Positions 56,441-64,000 of a stretch of DNA of 64,000 bases are shown piece by piece. The notes under the pieces were generated by a model. The model was not told where the DNA came from. It did not search any database and worked only from the letters and a program-made list of their open reading frames with translations. A program made the translations under genes and the position numbers. Each line of letters opens with the position of its first letter. The first letter of the stretch is position 1. The DNA is from Octopus vulgaris (Eukaryota), in assembly GCA_951406725.2 (NCBI GenBank), contig OX597834.1, positions 43,400,001 to 43,464,000 on the forward strand. Direction: 5' to 3'.

Positions 56441-57089
56441 ATCTATCTATCTATCTTTCTACGTATCTTGTTTCTGAGCAAAGTAAATCATTTACCGTTG
56501 CCGCTTTGTATCGGTACCAGTAACATCGATTTGAGTGAGAGACGACCTTATGCGTTCACAAACATTTAATTCCTTTAAACAAATCAACTTTGTGGTTGTT
56601 CGGCAAGAAATTGCCTAATCATCATACGTCGTCTAACGACGGGAGAGTCTATTAAAAAGAGAGAAAGATAGAGGGGGAGAGAGGGGGAGAGAGAGAGTTT
56701 GGGGTGGATGATAATGTTAGAAAAGTTTGCGATCTACAAATCCATTGGTGAAGATCGAAGTGGAACATGGAAATATTTAATGGAAACAGGCAAATAAATA
56801 TGATATTCTTAACGTTAGTTATGGAGATCAGAGTCCGTGTACGAAATTTAAGAAATTTTTGTTTTTTCGATGATATCACACCTCTTCTTAGATCAGAGAC
56901 AGTGTATACCACTAATGTAATGGGTGCTCAAAGACAAGGTCTAAGAATGTGGAGTGATGTGTTGGTTATATGTGTGTGTATCAGTGTATGTGTGTATGTG
57001 AGTAAGTGTTTGAATGTATATATATGCATACATGTAAGTATATATGAACGTGTATATATATATACACATTCATATATACTTACATACAT

Positions 57090-57452
57090 GCACAAAAGGA
57101 GGCCAGAAGAAACGCTACAAGGACTCACTGAAATTGAACCCCAAAAAGTGTGACATTGACTTCACCAACTGGGAGGAAACGGCAAAAAACAGACCACTCT
57201 GGAAAACCACCATCCATGAGGGAACGGCGACTTTCGAGTCGAAAAGGTCTGCAGAGCTGGAGGAGAAAAGACGACGACGGAAGGAGCGCCAACAACAACC
57301 TCGTGCGACTCTCCCTTCCGGCATTAGATGTCCGCACTGTGACCGGTCTTTTCGAGCAAGAATTGGTCTAATCAGTCACCTGCAGACTCACCAATAAATT
57401 TGCGCGAAGACCATCATCCTCGACCTTGAGGGATTGCCATAGTAGTAGTAGT
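57090..57452 (+). mobile_element. 5'-truncated RTE-clade LINE (3' end, intact frame)
   Basis: GGQKKRYKDSLK..NWEE.A.NR.LW....CPHCDRSFRARIGLISHLQTHQ* (stop 57395-57397) is an RTE/BovB-type C-terminus with a C2H2 finger. Short UTR and (TAG)n tail. Confidence 0.92.
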
Positions 57453-57529
57453 ATATATATATTATATTAAATTAGAGACAAAACCACTATTAGGCAAATC
57501 AAACAATGAAAGACTTATTCCCTAATACT

Positions 57530-57578
<49 letters not shown>

Positions 57579-57780
57579 CAACAAGGATATGCAGAGCTAA
57601 TGCAGTACGATCGTTTTATGCATTTAACTGAATAATGCAATCATTACATCAATTTAAACTGTAGAACAATCTTCAGCTACACAAAGACATAGAATTTAAT
57701 TAAATTAAAACAGATGGACACATTTGTATAATTTTACCTAAAATCTCCAAGAAGTTAAGGAGATAGACAAAGATCATACT

Positions 57781-58139
57781 GTCTCCACTCCGATAGATCG
57801 TTAGCACTACACACATTTTTTTCTCTCCTTGTTTCTCTCTTTGTTTTTTCTGTGTACCTATCTGTAGAAGAGCGTAGGTTCGAATCGTAAAAGACTTTCT
57901 ATTCCTGAGCGCTATACTAATACATCTGTTTGTTTTGTACACCACCTGCCTTCGTCTTTTGGTTTTCTTTTTCGTAAACTTTCACTATATATATATGCTC
58001 AGTTTAAGATGGAATAAAGAGCGTGTGTGTAATGTTCCGAGCATGGCTCTTTGTCAGAAAGACGAAAGGTCCAGAGGGAAGGAAAACATAGCACAAGAAA
58101 AGTACGTGTGTCGTTATATGGGAGAAATTACAAGAAGGG

Positions 58140-58212
<73 letters not shown>

Positions 58213-58420
58213 ATGTATATATAGTTGGAATTTATAGAAAAACAAAAGACGTTGGAAAAACACGCAAGTGTATTATTTTGACGCTCGGGAAAACTGTAAA
58301 AGTCTTTTACGTTTCGAGCCTACGCTCTTCAACAAAAAGATATGAGGAAATACGAAAACAAAGAAACAACTTTCACCGAGAGAAAGGAAGAAAAAAAGCT
58401 CTTTCATCTCATTACAAACA
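57781..58420. mobile_element. Oppositely oriented copies of hammerhead-bearing short repeats
   Basis: Plus copy 57781-57988 (core 57858-57895), minus copy 58222-58420 (core 58302-58337), and a decayed motif at 58030-58060. Confidence 0.7.
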
Positions 58421-58711
58421 GATGGCAAAAACAAGAATCAGAGAAAATCGTTTCTGTTTTGCATCGGAGGGTTTTGCCAGATTCTGGATCGCGAAAATGA
58501 ACCTTATTGTCTTGGGTTTGTGAGAACTGGCAGGTATATAAATCCGCTTTAGATCAATAAACTAATAAAATGGCTCTGCCACATGAAAAGGTAGTTTCGA
58601 GAAAAAGCAGAGGGGGGATGAAGCTGGCAGAATCGTTAGTGCCCTGTGAAAAATGCTTAGCGGCATTTCCTCTGTTTGTACTTTTTGGGTTCAAATGCCG
58701 CCGAGGCCTAC

Positions 58712-58799
<88 letters not shown>

Positions 58800-58801
<2 letters not shown>

Positions 58802-59006
58802 AAATCACTTTTTTGATGTAAATAATTTTTGGTGTTAACATAGTCCGATTTGAATTTTTTCTTCTACGGAATGAGGAACAAGCCTTCTATCATACTCTCA
58901 ATTTTGGTCAGCTTGCGTCGCAGGGTCTCGGAGGGGATAGTGTTAGTTGAAGGCATCAAACCTGCCACACACACACAGACAATTTCAGCTTTATATATCT
59001 GTAGAT
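58800..59006 (+). mobile_element. Possible non-autonomous Helitron/Helentron-like element end
   Basis: aattttggtcagcttgcg..(ACAC)agac..cagctttatatat..agat architecture resembles DINE-1/HINE-type termini. No coding evidence. Confidence 0.4.
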
Positions 59007-59054
59007 TGTCAGAGTAAACTTCAGCTTTATATATCTGTAGATTGTCTGAGTAAA
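58984..59054 (+). repeat. 36-bp tandem duplication
   Basis: ttcagctttatatatctgtagattgtc(a/t)gagtaaa occurs twice. Confidence 0.9.
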
Positions 59055-59259
59055 AATTGTCGCAGATCGCGTTACTTCTGCACCGATTTGATTAAATACA
59101 ATTTCTGCTTATAGCAATAATTAATAGCAACTTATTTGAAAAGAAAAGAATTAAGCAGTAAAAAAAAAAGTCATCCGGTCGACTGATATAGAGTTTTTTG
59201 CATGGAGATCCTTGAATTTAGCAATATTTGTTACTGTTAGTAATATAAATGCCACTCGT

Positions 59260-59470
59260 AGCGGTGAGCTGGCAGAAGCGTTGCAACGTCGGTAAAAACG
59301 CTTAGCATCATTTTGACTGTCAGTACGTCCTGAGTTAAAATGGCGCTGGAGTCGACCTTGGCTTTAATTATTTCGATTTCCATAAACTAAGTAACAGTTA
59401 AACATTGGGGCCCATGTAATCGACTTAGCTCATCAGCCAAACCTGCTAGCCTTGTGCCGAAATTTGAAAC
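59260..59470 (+). mobile_element. Diverged SINE-A
   Basis: gcggtgagctggcagaagcg..gtcgaccttggcttt..ccttgtgccgaaatttgaaac. Confidence 0.75.
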
Positions 59471-59846
59471 AAACATAAATGACATTTAATTTTGAGAAAC
59501 TCGGAATAATAGTATGTACTTTCATTGTCCCATATCATCGAACACCAAAATGGCTCTCTCTCCCCCCACATTTCTCGCTACACGCACACACGCACACACA
59601 CGCATATATGTACTTACATTTTGATATTTTGCTTATATAACCTGGTTATATAAGGGAATATAATAACCTGGTTATTATATAAACAGACTAATAACCTGGT
59701 TAAAATTCAACGTACGTATAGTCCTGAACACATTGTTATATGAGAATAGAATTGTTATAGACACAAAGAGATGTTCATTATATAACATTTCGTTTTCCAG
59801 TGTCATCTCTTTGTTTCTACACACATGGACACACGCACACACATTA

Positions 59847-59890
<44 letters not shown>

Positions 59891-59891
<1 letters not shown>

Positions 59892-60055
59892 TGAAGGCGC
59901 GTGGCTTAATGGTGTGGGCGTTCCGTTCACGAGCGCAAGGTCACACAAGGTATACTTCTCTGTGAAGTGCGGAGCCACTTGCACCTTAATTTCACAAGCC
60001 AACTGTTCCTTTGATCGTATCAGCTGGGGCCCTCGTCGTCGTCACAGACGGAGTG
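59891..60055 (+). mobile_element. C2-like tRNA head with a fourth tail type (internally deleted SINE)
   Basis: Head gtgaaggcgcgtggcttaatgg. Tail agccacttgcac..ctcgtcgtcg..gacggagtg; its reverse complement occurs at 41278-41366. Confidence 0.7.
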
Positions 60056-60072
60056 TTCCTTTATATATATAT

Positions 60073-60484
60073 AGGCGTAGGAGTGGCTGTGTGGTAAGTA
60101 GCTTGCTTACCAACCACATAGTTCCGTGTTCAGTCCCACTGCGTGGCACCTTGGGCAAGTGTCTTCTACTATAGCCTCGGGCTGACCATAGCCTTGTGAG
60201 TGGATTTCGTAGACGGAACCTGAAAGAAGCTCGTCGTATATATGTATATGTATATATATGTGTGTGTATACGTTTATGTGTCTGTGTTTGTCCCCACAAC
60301 ATCGCTTGAAAACAGATGCTGTTGTGTTTACGTCCCCGTAACTTAGCCGTTCGGCAAAATAGACTGATAGAATAAGTACTAGGCTGACAAAGAATAAGTC
60401 CTGGGATCGATTTGTTCGGCTAAAGGCCGGTGCTCCAGCATGGCCACAGGCAAATGACTGAAACAAGTAAGAGAGTAAAAGAGT
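60073..60484 (+). mobile_element. Full-length SINE-B
   Basis: Box A-like TGGCTGTGTGG, box B-like GTTCAGTCCC, ccttgggcaagtgtcttc and an aagagtaaaagag tail. Confidence 0.95.
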
Positions 60485-61267
60485 ATATATGAATGCGTCT
60501 CTATGTGTGCATTTGTGCATATACACATACGCACACATATGGTATATATTCCTGTGTGTGTGTGTGTTTATGTTTGTGCGTGTGTTTCTACGCTTGATTC
60601 TATGTGCGTGTGAGCGCGCTCCGATGTAAAACGCTAACACACAAATGCTGTGTCGTGACTGGTAAATGTATGCATTTAGATGCATATTCGAAAGTGTGTG
60701 TGTGTGTGTCTTTCTCTCTCTCTCTCTCCCTGTCTAAGTGTGTGCTCGTCTGCGAATGTGTGTAATGGTATGCCATTTACTTTTGCATTTCACATTCTTA
60801 CATGTGTGTACTTAAAGAAACAGAAAGAACAATAGAGTGAAGGGCATTGATGGGGAAAGCTGTAAAGAGATCGATGGGAGAGAATCTGAGTGGAGCGGCA
60901 AAAGGAGAGAGAGAGAGAGATGAAGAGAAAGTAGAACAGAGAGGGTGAGAGGGAAAGGGAGAGAGATAGAGAGGAAGAGAGAGACATAGAAATAGACAGG
61001 ACAGTCTCAAAGAAAGAGAAAGAGCTACCAAGAAAGCACGAGAGAGACAGAGAGAGAGAGAACGGAGCAACGGGATATATACACACTGAATACAAGTGTG
61101 TATACATATTCATAAACACAACAAACGTGCTTGTAGTTGTTTTCATGTGTGTGAATATATACATATGTGTGCGTGTGTGTGTGTATGTGCATTATATATA
61201 TATACATACATACATATATATGTATGCATATATATATATGTGTGTATATATAAATATTTCATAATAT

Positions 61268-61306
<39 letters not shown>

Positions 61307-62024
61307 CATACACATTCGTTTATATATTCATATACATACATATATTCATTCATATATATATATATATGCATATATATATATATATATATGTGTGTATATA
61401 TATATGTGTGTATGTATATATATATATGTATCTATGTATGTTTATATGTCTATGTATATTTGTAGAGGAGCGATAAAATTAAGTGGAAATGATATTTAAC
61501 AGAAGAAGTGATGTGAGATAAATGTATGTAATAACTTTCAAGTCAAATCAATATACGATGTTGATAGCGTTGCACAGACATTGAGCTGTATGATGTTAGG
61601 AGTCTATGGCTGCAGGGTGGAGACGGCAATGAGAGCCGAGTGCCGGGGAGGGGCGAGACACCTTTTACGCAGCAGATATGTCATTAGTAAGGCATATATG
61701 CCAAATAGCTTCCAACACACTTAGGAAATTCCATACATACTTAACCGTAACAAAAACAACAATACAAACAAGAAGAACAACAATGGTAAATATCAAAGAA
61801 AAAAAAACGAAGAACGAAAAAAATGGTATCAATAACAAAAGAAAATGTTTCTGCAGCAGCAATCAAGGTTGTTTTGAAAACAAAAATATGAAGAATTATC
61901 GCAATGAAACATGATGGGTGCGGAGAACTAAATGTCAAATTTTGAAATTAATTGACTTCCTGGAAGTGACTTACTTGAAATTTTTAGCTAATGTGTATAA
62001 TTGTTGATATAAATAACTAGAACA

Positions 62025-62258
62025 AAGCGGCGAGCTGGCAGAAACGGTAGCACGCCGGGCGAAATGACTAGCGGTAGTTCGTCTGCCGCTACGTTCTGAG
62101 TTCAAATTACGCCGAGGTCGACTTTGCCTTTCATCCTTTCGGGGTCGATTAAATAAGTACTAGTTACGAACTGGAGTCGATATAATCGACTTAATCCGTT
62201 TTTATGTCCTTATTTGTCCTCTCTGTGTTTAGCCCCTTGTGGGTAGTATAGAATTAGG
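62025..62258 (+). mobile_element. Full-length SINE-A
   Basis: Complete head, body and tail. Confidence 0.92.
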
Positions 62259-62259
62259 T

Positions 62260-62588
62260 TCTGCTTTCCTAAGTCTGCGACCTATTACGAAACTGGAAAC
62301 TTTGAGTTGGGTTGTCTCTGAATCCTGTCCGCAAGGTGGAGAGGGACTGTGAGGTGTGGTGCAAGACTTTTCGGACCTAAGATTTCAGTTTGCGCAATCG
62401 ACATGAGGCTAATATCCGAGTATCCGAGCCCGGCCGAGTAGGAAGGCACCGCGACGAGCATGGAAGCCACAGGCCCGAACCGGGTTCTAGGTCACTGTGG
62501 GTGCAATAACCTCATGTACGAGAATTGCATGGGCAATGATCAGTTACGGTCTCCTCAGTCACGTGTGGACATCTATCACAATCATCAT
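62260..62588 (+). pseudogene. Decayed RTE LINE 3' fragment
   Basis: Peptides CDL..NWK, SARWRGTVRCGARLF, HCG and GLLSHVWT are collinear with the RTE C-terminus at 57090-57397. Confidence 0.6.
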
Positions 62589-62754
62589 GTATGCATGCAT
62601 GCATGCACGTATGTATGTATGTATGTATGTATGTATGTGTCTATTCTGCTTGAAGCAGAATTTTGCACAACGGATAAAGAACAATGAACCTCATACATTG
62701 TTAACTAACCATTTATAAGTTATATTCTGTAATACGTTGAGTTCAGAATAATGG

Positions 62755-62916
62755 CTTCAAATCTTTGCACAAGGTCAGCAATTATGAATTGCTGACCTCG
62801 GCTGGAAGTGAAGTACATACACCCAAGTGCTTAACTTTGAAATCAGAGCGTAATATCAGGAGAAAAGCCGCTACGCATTTAGCCCGGCGCCGTAACAATT
62901 CTGCCTGCTAACCGCT
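62755..62916 (-). mobile_element. Diverged SINE-A fragment
   Basis: gctacgcatttagcccggcgccgtaacaattctgcc. Confidence 0.55.
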
Positions 62917-64000
62917 TATTGACTATTGAATGATGAGCGGACATATTGGATAAGTTAGTCTTAGAAAATCCTAAGAAGTAGGGACGGCCACGGTAGGCTG
63001 GAATGTCTTTCATCAAAGATCTCTTAGATCTGCTTCGTTACAACTTGTCTGGGACTAAACAACATCTACAACAAGAACAACACCGAAGGCGACGACGAAG
63101 GTAAAAATAACAAAAGCAATTACTTGAACACCATAACAAGAGTACAGACCTCACCAGACCATTATGGTAATATCATAACAGTCATTATCACTTAGACTAC
63201 CCCCAACATCGCCCCCCCCCAACTCTGACACTCACGTCATCAACCTAAATCACAACACCCCGACACAATAACCTTACACAACCACCAACAGCACCAGCAT
63301 CACCGTTTATTCTACGCTACCAATACCAACGGCAGAATGTTATTCGCACTCCGAAGAATAAGATATACAGAAAAAACATATACTGTTTGACACAATTGTA
63401 ATTTATCTGTTTGAAGAAATTGCGTACATTAAATGGAGGTAAACAATATGATTTGCAAACATAAGCCACGACTGGTGAAATGACATCGAAGTGCTAATGG
63501 TTGTGTTTAGTGCCCAGCAAACATTTCTTTCAATGGTAGTCATCCTGTCTTCATTTCCTGCATTTGATTCCCTTTCATCTTTCACTGCAGACCTTAACGC
63601 TGTTTGCTTTCAACCACTTTACTTTCTCAATCTCAGCCTCGTTTCCATTTGTCTTCTTTCATAAATCACTGCATGGAAACTGGTTACGTACGAACGTACA
63701 CCACAACACGTGCATACACGAAAATATACAGACACATGTGTGTGTATGTACACGCACGCATATATGGACAACACAGACGTACATACATACACACACACAC
63801 GCAATCACAAATATACTTACACTTACACACGCAGATACAGATATACAGATTCACTGCCAAGCATGCATTCAGATACAAGACAACACTGACTCGATAAAAA
63901 CCGCACGCATAAGAGAATATTTACATCCGCTCACACATATATAAATACACAGATGCAGTGTATTTACTCTCATACACATACACTCATACACACATATGCA

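Noticed and set aside
62385-62489. HDV-like ribozyme fold on the minus strand (P1 GGGCCUG/CGGGCUC, P3 GCC/GGC, CC-GG)
   Set aside because: P2 and J4/2 do not form convincingly. The segment is antisense to a decayed RTE 3' coding region rather than at a LINE 5' end.

Overview
AT-rich animal nuclear DNA with no recognisable host-gene exon, RNA gene, operon or CRISPR array. It reads as intronic or intergenic sequence. The repeat families and extreme microsatellite load look like an Octopus-type cephalopod genome; this is pattern recognition, not a database result. Almost all supplied ORFs are translations of (TA)n, (CA)n, (TATC)n, (TATG)n, (ATC)n, (AAT)n and (AAG)n tracts. The real content is dozens of tRNA-derived SINE copies (called SINE-A, -B, -C here), short LINE remnants (CR1/L2-like, Tx1/L1-like, RTE, R4/Dong) and several Penelope-like derivatives. 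Most notable: (1) about ten minimal hammerhead-ribozyme motifs, three with intact cores, and one decayed copy next to a Penelope [10 protein letters not shown] peptide inside inverted termini; (2) SINE-A multimers that reuse the same internal junctions at independent loci; (3) a 167-bp near-perfect hairpin. I found no evidence for a novel protein-coding system.
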